This document shows positions 1-9,016 of a stretch of DNA of 64,000 nt, one piece after another. The notes below the pieces were generated by a model, which was not told where the DNA came from, searched no databases, and saw only the letters and a program-made list of their open reading frames with translations. A program made the position numbers and the translations under genes. This stretch comes from Myxococcota bacterium (GTDB lineage Bacteria > Myxococcota_A > UBA796 > CAJQPC01): assembly GCA_036021505.1 (NCBI GenBank), contig JAYXVV010000150.1, positions 26,356-90,355 on the forward strand, written 5' to 3'. Within the stretch, counting starts at the first letter, position 1. The number at the start of each line of letters is the position of its first letter.

Positions 1-1
1 C

Positions 2-100
2 TACGCCAACCTCCCCTCCTACTGCCAGTGCAATCACAAAGAACCTGCCCAACCTGAAGACCAGCGGCTCACAGTGGGGTTTCGATGCGTCTACCCCTAA
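2..100 (+). CDS. C-terminal fragment of an FGE-sulfatase (SUMF1-like) domain protein, truncated by the window edge
   Basis: Frame 2 reads YANLPSYCQCNHKEPAQPEDQRLTVGFRCVYP* (TAA 98-100). GFRCV is the typical C-terminal signature of FGE-like domains. Not in the ORF track. Confidence 0.7.
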   Translation, partial: YANLPSYCQCNHKEPAQPEDQRLTVGFRCVYP

Positions 101-1059
101 TGGCCTGTGTGCTGGGAGCCTGCTCTTCCCAAGAGCTTCCTGCGCCCCCTGCTCCGGAGGTGGGAGAGGCCATTGCAGGCATGCTTCCCGTGCCCGGCGG
201 TGCTGTTCGGCTGGGGGCTGTGGTTCATCCCCCAGCGGAGGGCTTCACACCGCCTCCAGCCCAACACCCCCACGGACCTGCGCCGAAAGGTCCACCGCTG
301 GATTCCCAGGGTCGACCTCAGAAACATCCAGCCCCGACAAACACCCTCCACAATGCCCACCTCGAGGCCATTGAAGTGACCGTCAGTCCCTTCTGGATGG
401 ACGTCACAGAGGTGACTCGCTCCGCCTATTCCACATTTATCGAGGCAACAGGCTACCCGGCCCCCTTTGTGGATGAGGAGTGGGCCCGAGAAGGATGGAA
501 TTGGTCGGGAACCGACTATCCTGACGACACCGGGGAGCACCCCGTGGTGCTCGTGAATTGGTACGATGCACGCGCTTACTGCAACTGGGCGTCCAAAAGA
601 CTTCCCACCGAGGCCGAGTGGCAGTTAGCGGCGCTGGGCCCTGCTGAAACCGAGCGCATCTACCCTTGGGGAAACACCTACGATCCCAACGCCCTCAACC
701 ATGGCATGGCTGTGCCTCCCAACTTTGACGATTCCGACGGTTACCTCACCACCTCGCCTGTTGGCGCCTTTCCGACAGGCGCCGGCCCATACGGTCATTT
801 GGATCTCTTCGGGAACGCCTGGGAATACACCGCTGACTTCCGACTCTCGAGTTGGGATCAACTTTTGGGCGACCGCTCTTCTGGAACAGTGCTCGACCCC
901 CACACCCCCCCTACTGGGCACTATGTCTCCGTTCGAGGTGGATCGTATTTCTTTGATTTTCGACCCAACCCCGGCTCCGAGAGAAATGCATTTCTGCCCG
1001 AGCTTCGCCGCAAGACAAGTGGCTTCCGCTGCGTTCGATCAGATCCTCCACAACCATAG
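85..1059 (+). CDS. FGE-sulfatase (SUMF1/EgtB/PvdO family) domain lipoprotein
   Basis: Motifs FWMDVTEVT, HPVVLVNWYDARAYC, RLPTEAEWQLAA, YPWG, DLFGNAWEY, RGGS, GFRCVR. Lipobox-like LGAC near the N-terminus. Alternative ATG at 100 overlaps the upstream stop. Confidence 0.88.
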   Translation: MRLPLMACVLGACSSQELPAPPAPEVGEAIAGMLPVPGGAVRLGAVVHPPAEGFTPPPAQHPHGPAPKGPPLDSQGRPQKHPAPTNTLHNAHLEAIEVTVSPFWMDVTEVTRSAYSTFIEATGYPAPFVDEEWAREGWNWSGTDYPDDTGEHPVVLVNWYDARAYCNWASKRLPTEAEWQLAALGPAETERIYPWGNTYDPNALNHGMAVPPNFDDSDGYLTTSPVGAFPTGAGPYGHLDLFGNAWEYTADFRLSSWDQLLGDRSSGTVLDPHTPPTGHYVSVRGGSYFFDFRPNPGSERNAFLPELRRKTSGFRCVRSDPPQP

Positions 1060-2748
1060 GGTCTCGTACTCTGTCGGCTCTCCCAAGACGCGAACGAGAG
1101 CCTTGTAAAAAAGGGTGCTCACTCCCGCACGTTCTGCCTCCTCACGGTGGAGGATCACCCAGCCGTAGCGGGATGAAAGGTGGGACTTCATCCGGTTTTC
1201 TATGGCCCTGTTGACGGTAGGTGGGCTCCATTCCAACTGGGTGCTGCGGACCGCGCGAGGGTGCTCCAGCCAGAAGAACGTGCTCTGATCCGCACTCGAT
1301 CCGGCACGGATGTCGGGGGAATAGGGAATCGGTTTTCCATGCTGCGTCTGATAGAGGAAGTACCGAGAGGTCGCCATGGTCGTACCGACCTCTGCAGGCA
1401 GGTCCAAGACGGCTCGTCCATCCTCACGGTCTGCTGCAATCTGCTCATACACCTCGGGAATGCTCGCTGAGCTGCGTGGAAGCGGCCAGATCGCGGAGGA
1501 GAGCAGCAGGGATTCCAAGACGAGAACCAACGAAACCAGCCCTATTCTGCGCAGAGACTGTCCGACCAGCGCCCACCCCACCAGCATCGCGAGAAGCGCT
1601 TGTCCGCCCACAGACAGTCGCGTTGAATGGGTGATGGCCAGTTGAGGAATGAGCTCTTGAAACCATCCGAAGGGAAGGATGAGAAATTGATCTCCCGGCC
1701 CAACAAAATCGCCATTCCACCAGAGCGCCCGGCCGAGACCCATCACCAGCGAAACCCCGATGAGTACTACCCAAAGAGCGGCTCTGCGACGCATCCTCCA
1801 GACCAGCGCACCCGCCAACAGGAGCACGCTCCAGCGAAGATAGGCGGTGTGTACAAAAGCTTCCCCGTAGTCTACGAGGTAGTCCACAGATTGAAAGTCG
1901 CCAGGCATGATGTACTCTCGCGGATCAACTGCGTTGTGCCGGAGAAGTTCAATGTTGAGATCGCCTGAGCGCTGAATCACAGCCTCAGGATTGCCCGGCC
2001 CCAGAGAAGCTCGAAAAGCGGCAAAGAAGGGCAACGGAATGCCCAGAGCAAACACGCTGGCGAGACCGGTGCCTTTGAGGCGGGTCTTTGAGAAGGTCGC
2101 ACACCACCAAAGCCCAACAATCAAGGCACTTCCAAGACCGTAGTAGAAGCTTGCGAGCGTGCAGAAACCCTGGGCGATCCCCAGAAAAACCCAGTCCTTC
2201 CACGCGTTCGTTCGAAACGCCACAGCAGCTCGCCAGAAACAGAGTGGCGTCCACCAAACAGCAGTGACCTCAGAAATGCCGTTGCCGGCCTCTGCCAGGA
2301 GGAAAGGACTGCTGGCAAAAGCCACACCTGCTGCCCAACAATGTGCGCCGCCTCCACTGACTTCTCGACAGAAACAATGGCTTGCAACTCCCGCCAAAAC
2401 GAATCGAAAAAGCTGGATCAAGGTGTACGCAAAGGGCACTCCGAAGACTGCGGAGAAGGGGAGGGCTGCCCCTGCTCCAACGGGATCGACAAAATAGAGG
2501 ACGCCTCCATCCGGAGCATTCAGAAGCTCCGTTCTCCATGGAAGGCTGCCTCCGAGAAAGGCGTCGAGCCAATACCAATAGCCCCAGAGGTGATTCCAGA
2601 CATCCACATCAGGATGGCCAATCAGTTCCCCTGTGAATGGGGCTGGAAAACACAGGATCAGAGCCAACACAGCATACGCTGCAAAGAGGGTTAGCGGGCT
2701 GGGATTCTCCCAGAGCCCCTCTCGGTGGTTTCCCTTTGGATCGATCAC
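1039..2748 (-). CDS. Multi-pass membrane protein, GT-C-like glycosyltransferase (YfhO/PMT-like architecture), paralog 1
   Basis: About 12-13 hydrophobic helices, first loop HPDVDVWNHLWGYW with acidic residues, C-terminal soluble domain with AVLDLP...YQTQHGKPI. Motifs shared with 27051-28649 and 31758-33566. Confidence 0.6.
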   Translation of the reverse strand: MIDPKGNHREGLWENPSPLTLFAAYAVLALILCFPAPFTGELIGHPDVDVWNHLWGYWYWLDAFLGGSLPWRTELLNAPDGGVLYFVDPVGAGAALPFSAVFGVPFAYTLIQLFRFVLAGVASHCFCREVSGGGAHCWAAGVAFASSPFLLAEAGNGISEVTAVWWTPLCFWRAAVAFRTNAWKDWVFLGIAQGFCTLASFYYGLGSALIVGLWWCATFSKTRLKGTGLASVFALGIPLPFFAAFRASLGPGNPEAVIQRSGDLNIELLRHNAVDPREYIMPGDFQSVDYLVDYGEAFVHTAYLRWSVLLLAGALVWRMRRRAALWVVLIGVSLVMGLGRALWWNGDFVGPGDQFLILPFGWFQELIPQLAITHSTRLSVGGQALLAMLVGWALVGQSLRRIGLVSLVLVLESLLLSSAIWPLPRSSASIPEVYEQIAADREDGRAVLDLPAEVGTTMATSRYFLYQTQHGKPIPYSPDIRAGSSADQSTFFWLEHPRAVRSTQLEWSPPTVNRAIENRMKSHLSSRYGWVILHREEAERAGVSTLFYKALVRVLGEPTEYETLWLWRI

Positions 2749-4154
2749 CGAGGCCCCTGACGCGGTGGTGGCCCAGAGGGAGGGGGCTGAATTCGAATCT
2801 GGATGCCCGAAGTGTCCGCCTGGGCGGCGACCACTGACTCCGCCCGACCGAAGCCTCCCAGTCCTGAGGAAGCTTTGAATCCTCCCCCATCACGCTGAGC
2901 TGCACCCCCATCCAATGCAGCCATCAGCAAATAATTTCCACTGGGCAACTCGAGCTCAAAGTCTTGGGAGAGTTCCCCAGACGGAAGCAGCTTGATCTCA
3001 GCGACCGGGGAGCGACCTGGAGCCAACTGTCCGGTCCTCGGGTCAGCATCCTCCGCCGAAAACGCAGTCACCATCAGAGCTGGACCGCGTAGTGGACGGT
3101 TGGAAGACACGGTCCCCTGAAGGGTCACCCAGACCATTTCCGGTACCTGATCGTAGGTCCCTTGCTGCACGCCATAGGCACAACGTACGCCAGTGGCTGA
3201 GCCCTCGAGGTTGGAGGTGAAGCGATTGGCAACACGCATGTTCGTGCTGAACGTGTTCCAGCCGCCGCCTCGAAGCACGTAGACGTCCCCGCTCGGTGGA
3301 CCGAGGGGGTTGTCTCGAGGCTCCCCGGAGCCATAGGTCTCAGGATGATAGGCATCCGAGGTCCACTCCCACAAATTGCCTGCCAGTTCTTGGTGACCAT
3401 AGGGACCCTTTCCCAGGGAGGAAGCCTCCTCTCGAGCGCCCTCCGAACACAGTGTAGGACGCCCACTTGCCGTGCTTTGGTGATTCGCTCTCTCGCAATC
3501 GGGAGATGCTTTTCCCCACGGGTAGGGCCTCAAGTCATACGGATCGCATCGATTGGCTTCCGTGCCTTTCTCACAGCCTCCCCGCGCAGCTTTCTCCCAC
3601 TCGGCTTCTGTGGGGAGGCGTCCCCCGATACCCTCACAGTGCGCCACAGCCTCCTCACGAGACAAGCCCTCCAAAAGTTTGCCTTGACCATCTCGGGCCT
3701 CACGCTCATCCAAGCAAAACCCACTCACGGAGACCACATGCACGGGGGACTCATCTCGTCCTGCCTGACTCGAGTTGGACCCCATCAGAAACGGACCCCC
3801 AGGAACCCAGAGACTTCCCTGGGGACAGACGCTGGGCTCCTCTGCTGGAGGCACATCCACCGCCAAGGCGGGCCTCCATGAACTCGAGAGATCTTCGGCA
3901 GCCTGCAGTCCTGAGGGGCTGCTCGATGACACCGACGGAGGTCCCTGAATCGCCTGGGGAGACATTGACGGCCCCATCCCGCTCCCATCGGGGCCCTCTT
4001 CCCCGTTCTCTGTGCCACCGCACCCCAGAAGTGTCCCTAAGAGTAGACCCCCTCCCCAAGCAATTGATCGACAGTGGCTTGATCGGCCCCCGGAAATTTG
4101 TAGTTGGAAAAATCGGAAGGCTTGACCCACTGAATGGCATGAACCTTCAGACAT
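2745..4154 (-). CDS. FGE-sulfatase domain lipoprotein with C-terminal Ig-like domain
   Basis: VPGGPFLMGS, DESPVHVV, RLPTEAEWEKAARG, YPWG, ELAGNLWEWTSD, RGGGW, GVRC. Lipobox LLGC at about aa 45. Start uncertain because the ATG at 4154 lies inside the NUDIX gene. Confidence 0.82.
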   Translation of the reverse strand: MSEGSCHSVGQAFRFFQLQISGGRSSHCRSIAWGGGLLLGTLLGCGGTENGEEGPDGSGMGPSMSPQAIQGPPSVSSSSPSGLQAAEDLSSSWRPALAVDVPPAEEPSVCPQGSLWVPGGPFLMGSNSSQAGRDESPVHVVSVSGFCLDEREARDGQGKLLEGLSREEAVAHCEGIGGRLPTEAEWEKAARGGCEKGTEANRCDPYDLRPYPWGKASPDCERANHQSTASGRPTLCSEGAREEASSLGKGPYGHQELAGNLWEWTSDAYHPETYGSGEPRDNPLGPPSGDVYVLRGGGWNTFSTNMRVANRFTSNLEGSATGVRCAYGVQQGTYDQVPEMVWVTLQGTVSSNRPLRGPALMVTAFSAEDADPRTGQLAPGRSPVAEIKLLPSGELSQDFELELPSGNYLLMAALDGGAAQRDGGGFKASSGLGGFGRAESVVAAQADTSGIQIRIQPPPSGPPPRQGPR

Positions 4155-4441
4155 TGTGGCTCCCCTTTGGTAATGGATGCTCGATAGACCATGAGATCAA
4201 GGGTGTACCGGTCGTACTCGTGGGTAACCGAGAGAGACCGGTCTCCAACCTCCACTTCAATTCCTAGACCCTCCATCAACTCCCGAGCCAACGCTTCTCC
4301 ATCCGACTCGCCGTGCTCGACACGTCCTCCTGGAAACTCCCAAAGCAGCGGCAACACGGCGTGGGGATTTCGCTGAGTGATCAGGTAGGTACCGTCTTGC
4401 TCGATTTCGGCGGCAACCACACGAATATGGGGCTTTGTCAT
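4037..4441 (-). CDS. NUDIX hydrolase, MutT/NudG-like (d)NTP pyrophosphohydrolase
   Basis: Nudix box WEFPGGRVEHGESDGEALARELMEGLG. ATG start (MTKPHIRVVAA) preferred over the upstream TTG at 4462. Confidence 0.88.
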   Translation of the reverse strand: MTKPHIRVVAAEIEQDGTYLITQRNPHAVLPLLWEFPGGRVEHGESDGEALARELMEGLGIEVEVGDRSLSVTHEYDRYTLDLMVYRASITKGEPQCLKVHAIQWVKPSDFSNYKFPGADQATVDQLLGEGVYS

Positions 4442-4516
4442 CTTTTGGCTCTGCAACAACAACGAAGGTGAAGGGCTGAATTCAACCAGGTTTACTCACT
4501 AAGATCAAGCCTTCCT

Positions 4517-5593
4517 TCAGGCGAATCCGAAGAGATCCGGCACTGGACCATCGACGATCAAGCCCTCACTCAACCACTCTGAGACAGGATGATGCACACC
4601 CACTTTTCCCACATACAACTGGGAGAGATTGCCGCCTGATGAAAGCCAACTGCGAACGGTTCGCAGGCCCCGGAAATAGACGATGTCTTTTCCATAGACA
4701 CCGGGCCTCTCAGGATGACGCAATCCACGCTTCACCCGAAGTGCAATCCCCCAAGCCAAGGGTTTGCCACCCTGCTCTGCCAAACGTTCGAACAGCTCGC
4801 GGAAACCCATTGTCTCCGCCCATGAAACGGCTTGGACCACCAGACCTTGCCGCCATGCGTTTCCGGGTGAGGCGACACCCACACACTCTTCGGCGTAGAG
4901 CGCGAGACCTTCTTCTGTTTCCAAGCTTCCTGGAAGACCCGTGGCAAAGAGCAACAAATTCTGCCTTTGACCGTTCTGTGCACGCATGGCATGCACATCA
5001 ATCTCGTGCGCGATGAGCTTGGCGGCATCTGTTTTCCGAAATCGAGCGGTTTCGTTCACACGAAGAACCTGTTTGGCCGAGTCCACCAAAACGCGTGCAG
5101 CCATGACCGAGTCCAACTCCACACGCCAGTGCCCCAACCCCCGTTCCTTGAGGGCTTGAGCCAAGGCTTCCCTGAGTTCGACAGCGGAGAGGACAAAAGG
5201 AAACGATCCTCCCTTTCGGACCTGGTTTCGAGCATCCTCCAAAAGTCCTGGCCCCGGTCGCCAATTGTTGTGTTCGAGCAGCGCTTCAAACCCCTCGCTC
5301 GTTCGGGCTTGGAGCGCCTCAATGAGAAGAATGGTGCTCCAGATGGCCTCCTTGAGGAGGGGGGAGAAGGCATGAGACTGAGGAACACTCAGAGCTCGCA
5401 GCATCTCAAGCGCCTCGGGAGCCCAGTCGGGTCGCAGGTAGCGAAACGGCGGTGCATCCGCCCCCGCAATAAAATCCTGGCGAGCCTCATCCACATTGAC
5501 GGGGTTGAGATAGCGTGAAAAAGCTACGCGTTGAAACAGCGAATGAAGCGCTGCGTCAGCCTCGACGATCTCTTTCGGCAGTGAACTGGGCAT
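4517..5593 (-). CDS. DUF1704 family metallo-carboxypeptidase (QEGLA-motif, MATCAP-like)
   Basis: HEIDVH zinc motif followed by TEEGLA; RVKRG and KDIVYFRG segments are typical of the family. Confidence 0.8.
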   Translation of the reverse strand: MPSSLPKEIVEADAALHSLFQRVAFSRYLNPVNVDEARQDFIAGADAPPFRYLRPDWAPEALEMLRALSVPQSHAFSPLLKEAIWSTILLIEALQARTSEGFEALLEHNNWRPGPGLLEDARNQVRKGGSFPFVLSAVELREALAQALKERGLGHWRVELDSVMAARVLVDSAKQVLRVNETARFRKTDAAKLIAHEIDVHAMRAQNGQRQNLLLFATGLPGSLETEEGLALYAEECVGVASPGNAWRQGLVVQAVSWAETMGFRELFERLAEQGGKPLAWGIALRVKRGLRHPERPGVYGKDIVYFRGLRTVRSWLSSGGNLSQLYVGKVGVHHPVSEWLSEGLIVDGPVPDLFGFA

Positions 5594-5612
5594 GCTGCCA
5601 GCCTAACCGTTC

Positions 5613-6833
5613 TTAGAGGGCTCCGAAGCTCCTCTCGTAGAGTTCTTCCACAACCTGGATGGACTCTTGCCCCATGTTTCGTGTCCCTGTGCCACAGAAA
5701 CGGGCGGCCTCAATCACCGGAACACCTGGAGCCCACTCGTCATTGAGCCACCGAAACCATGCATGGCTCTCTTGGTCATACACCCAGAGATTTTTTCGCC
5801 ACATTCGAGCCAATTCAACCGCCCATCCCGTTCCACCCACAACGGTGTCATCCTCTTGAATCATTCCAATCACGAAGACTTGATCCGACCAACTGACTTG
5901 ATGCCAGATGGTCTGAAGCACCTTTCGAATCATCCCTTCTTTCGAGTAACCGCGCTTCAGGCGACGGGAGACATAGAGCAGAGAGACATCCCCTGCTGCG
6001 AGCTCTCGCTCGGTCAACAGTTTCCTTCCGCGGCCTCTCTCCTGAAGATGCCCTTCAAAGCTAAAATTGATCTCTTGAAGGCCGTAGCGCTCCGCGAGTT
6101 CACCGAAAACGGTCTCCGCACCCTTCGCTCCACCCGAGTACAGTGTGCAGTCTGCGGGATTCTGTGGTCCCGGAGCCGTGGCAGGGTCCCAGGTGTCTTC
6201 ACCCCGAATCAGCAGAGTGTTGGGGTCCAACTCCAGACCCATGTCCTCGCCGGGAGTCTCCTCATGAGCACCCATCGCCTGCAAAGAGATTCCTCCACGC
6301 TGGGGATGCAGGGTGACCGAGGTCGAGAACAAGGCATTTCTCTCCCCGTTCAACGGGGTCACCCAGACCGCCACGCTTCGTTCTTTGGCAAAGCGGGATA
6401 GGGACTCGAGGTCTCCATCAAAGCCATCGAGAAGCAAACAGCTGGGAGAAAACTGCATCACGTCCGCCATGAGATCCATGGCTGCTCTGAGGTCATCAAC
6501 GCCAAACTTTCGATTGAGGTAGGAGTGAATGACGCGGTTTCGCTCAACCTGTACGGCAAGGCGATCCTCGGTCTTGAAGCGGGCAAGTCGAGCCACTCCC
6601 TGGAAGATCTCATCGTAAAAAGAGCGCACATGCTCTGCACTCGCACGCATGGACACATGCAAGACCTTCTCGTCGTGCATGATCCGATCCAGAGCGATGT
6701 GCACCAGCAAAGCACTCTTGCCGATGCCTGCTGTTCCCAAGACTCCGCCGAGCTCTCCGGCCTTGATTCCTCCCTCAAGAGAGGCATCGAAGACGCGCAT
6801 TGGCGAGCGTTCGTAAATCTCGGTTCTCAGCAT
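5613..6833 (-). CDS. KaiC/RecA-like P-loop ATPase fused to a SLOG-like C-terminal domain
   Basis: N-terminal Walker A GTAGIGKS and Walker B LLLDG; C-terminal LYSGGAKGAE...GGTGWAVELA...GTGTR. Confidence 0.65.
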   Translation of the reverse strand: MLRTEIYERSPMRVFDASLEGGIKAGELGGVLGTAGIGKSALLVHIALDRIMHDEKVLHVSMRASAEHVRSFYDEIFQGVARLARFKTEDRLAVQVERNRVIHSYLNRKFGVDDLRAAMDLMADVMQFSPSCLLLDGFDGDLESLSRFAKERSVAVWVTPLNGERNALFSTSVTLHPQRGGISLQAMGAHEETPGEDMGLELDPNTLLIRGEDTWDPATAPGPQNPADCTLYSGGAKGAETVFGELAERYGLQEINFSFEGHLQERGRGRKLLTERELAAGDVSLLYVSRRLKRGYSKEGMIRKVLQTIWHQVSWSDQVFVIGMIQEDDTVVGGTGWAVELARMWRKNLWVYDQESHAWFRWLNDEWAPGVPVIEAARFCGTGTRNMGQESIQVVEELYERSFGAL

Positions 6834-6859
6834 GCGACACCCTCCTGGGCGAGCGTTTT

Positions 6860-8944
6860 CTAAGCCTCCAGGCTCTCTCGGTAGGCTTCCTTGAGCTCTT
6901 CGGCCACGTTGTTCGGGGCCTTGGCGTACTTGGAGAACTCCATGGTGAACTCTGCACGGCCCTGAGTCACGGAGCGAAGCACCGTGGCGTAGCCGAACAT
7001 TTCGCCCAGTGGAACCTCGGCCTCCACCTCAGCGAACCCGGCATTCTCGGTGGTGCCGAGCACCATGCCGCGCCGCTGGACGAGGGTGGTCACCATCTGC
7101 CCATGGAATTCCACGGGACCCTCAAGCACCACGCGCATCATCGGCTCGAGAACAATCGGACCGGCCTTGGCGTAAGCCTCACGGAATGCACCGCGTGCTG
7201 CAGCCTGGAAGGCGTTGTCCGAGGAGTCCACGCTGTGGGACTGACCGTCGTTGATCGTGATTGAGCAGCCCTCGATGGGAGCGCCCACCAGGGTGCCCTT
7301 GTCGAACATGGACTGGAAGCCCTTGTCGACAGCCGAGATGAACTCGGTGGGGATGGCGCCGCCCTTGATCTTGTTGTCAAAGACGTATTCGCCGGTCTCG
7401 GAAGGCTCGAGGAAGCCTGCCACACGACCGTACTGACCCGAACCACCGGTCTGCTTCTTGTGGGTGTAGTTGAACTCGGCGCGTCGTGAGATGGCCTCTC
7501 GGTAGGACACGCGTGGGGGAGACACCACCACCTCAGCGTTGTACTCACGCTTCATGCGCTCGATGTAGACATCCACGTGAAGCTCACCCATTCCGGAGAC
7601 GATGGTCTCGCCGGTCTCGGGATCGGAGGCCACTCGGAAGGTGGGGTCCTCCTTGGTGAAGCGCTGGAGCGCCTTCGACATGTTCTGCTGAGCCTTGGAG
7701 TCCGAGGGAGTCAGGGTCACGCTGACCACGGCGTCAGGCACGTGCATGGAGCTCATTGCGATGCCCGCAGAGCCGTTGGTGAAGGTGTCACCGGAAGCAC
7801 AATCCACACCGAACAGTGCGACAATGTCACCGGCTTCCGCGTAATCGATGTCTTCCATCTCATCGGAGTGCATGCGCACGAGTCGACCGACCTTGACCTT
7901 CTTCTGGGTTCGCCCATTGACGATGGTCTCGCCCTTCTTGAGGATGCCGCTGTAGAGGCGAACGTAGGTCAGCTGACCGTAGCGTCCATCCTCGAGCTTG
8001 AAGGCCAAGCCAACGAAGGGTCCGTTCTTGTCGCAGGGCAGGACGAAGTCCTCTTCCGACTTGTCCTCTGCGATGCGGACCGCGTTGTTGTCCACATCGA
8101 TGGGGTTGGGCAGGTACTCCACCACGGCATCGAGTGCGGGCTGAACGCCTTTGTTCTTGTAGGCGGACCCAAGAAGAACGGGGCAGATCTGCATCTTCAC
8201 CGTGCATTCACGAATGGCATTTCGAAGCAACTCTTCGGTGAGCGTCTCCTCGAGCATGGCCTCCATCACATCGTCGTTGAACATCGAGACGGCATCGAGG
8301 AGTTCCTCGCGGTAGACCTCCACGTCCTCCATCATGTCCGCGGGAATTTCTCCCTCGATGATCTTCTCACCGTTGTCTCCCTCAAAGACCAGGCTCTTCA
8401 TGGAGACCAGGTCCACCACACCGCGGTGTTGGTCTTCCAGGCCGATCGGAAGCTGAACCATCTGGGCGTTGAGCTTCAGCTTCTCACGGAGCTGGTCACG
8501 AACGCGGATGGGATTGGCACCCTGGCGATCGCACTTGTTGACGAAAGCGATTCGGGGCACACCGTAGCGCCGCATCTGGCGGTCAACAGTCATCGACTGG
8601 GACTGAACACCCGCCACGGAACACAGAACCAAAATGGCGCCATCGAGAACACGCAGTGCTCGCTCCACCTCGATGGTGAAGTCAACGTGCCCGGGGGTGT
8701 CGATGATGTTGATGTGGTGATCCTTCCACTCGCAGTGGGTCGCAGCAGACTGAATGGTGATGCCGCGCTCACGCTCGAGGTCCATCGAATCCATCTTTGC
8801 ACCCACGCCGTCTTTTCCGCGCACATCGTGGATGGCGTGGATTCGGTTGGTGTAAAAAAGGATGCGCTCGGTCAGAGTCGTTTTGCCCGAGTCAATGTGA
8901 GCACTGATACCGATGTTGCGAAAGCTTTTGATGTCCACACTCAT
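6860..8944 (-). CDS. fusA: Elongation factor G (spdEFG1/mtEFG1-like type)
   Basis: [68 protein letters not shown] before the ATG at 8944 (ORF track start 9016 too long). Strong codon bias. Confidence 0.97.
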   Translation of the reverse strand: MSVDIKSFRNIGISAHIDSGKTTLTERILFYTNRIHAIHDVRGKDGVGAKMDSMDLERERGITIQSAATHCEWKDHHINIIDTPGHVDFTIEVERALRVLDGAILVLCSVAGVQSQSMTVDRQMRRYGVPRIAFVNKCDRQGANPIRVRDQLREKLKLNAQMVQLPIGLEDQHRGVVDLVSMKSLVFEGDNGEKIIEGEIPADMMEDVEVYREELLDAVSMFNDDVMEAMLEETLTEELLRNAIRECTVKMQICPVLLGSAYKNKGVQPALDAVVEYLPNPIDVDNNAVRIAEDKSEEDFVLPCDKNGPFVGLAFKLEDGRYGQLTYVRLYSGILKKGETIVNGRTQKKVKVGRLVRMHSDEMEDIDYAEAGDIVALFGVDCASGDTFTNGSAGIAMSSMHVPDAVVSVTLTPSDSKAQQNMSKALQRFTKEDPTFRVASDPETGETIVSGMGELHVDVYIERMKREYNAEVVVSPPRVSYREAISRRAEFNYTHKKQTGGSGQYGRVAGFLEPSETGEYVFDNKIKGGAIPTEFISAVDKGFQSMFDKGTLVGAPIEGCSITINDGQSHSVDSSDNAFQAAARGAFREAYAKAGPIVLEPMMRVVLEGPVEFHGQMVTTLVQRRGMVLGTTENAGFAEVEAEVPLGEMFGYATVLRSVTQGRAEFTMEFSKYAKAPNNVAEELKEAYRESLEA

Positions 8945-9016
8945 TTGGACCTCCCAGTTTCCGCCGCGATTATGATCACTTGGGCCTTTTGGCAAGCGAT
9001 GAACCGCGATCGACAC

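Noticed and set aside
2-4154. FGE-fold genes as diversity-generating retroelement targets, or as ergothioneine/selenoneine synthases (EgtB/SenA)
   Set aside because: No reverse transcriptase or TR/VR repeat pair seen in the window; the two complete genes lack a DinB-like domain with the HxxxHxE iron motif, and no SenB/SelD neighbours are present.
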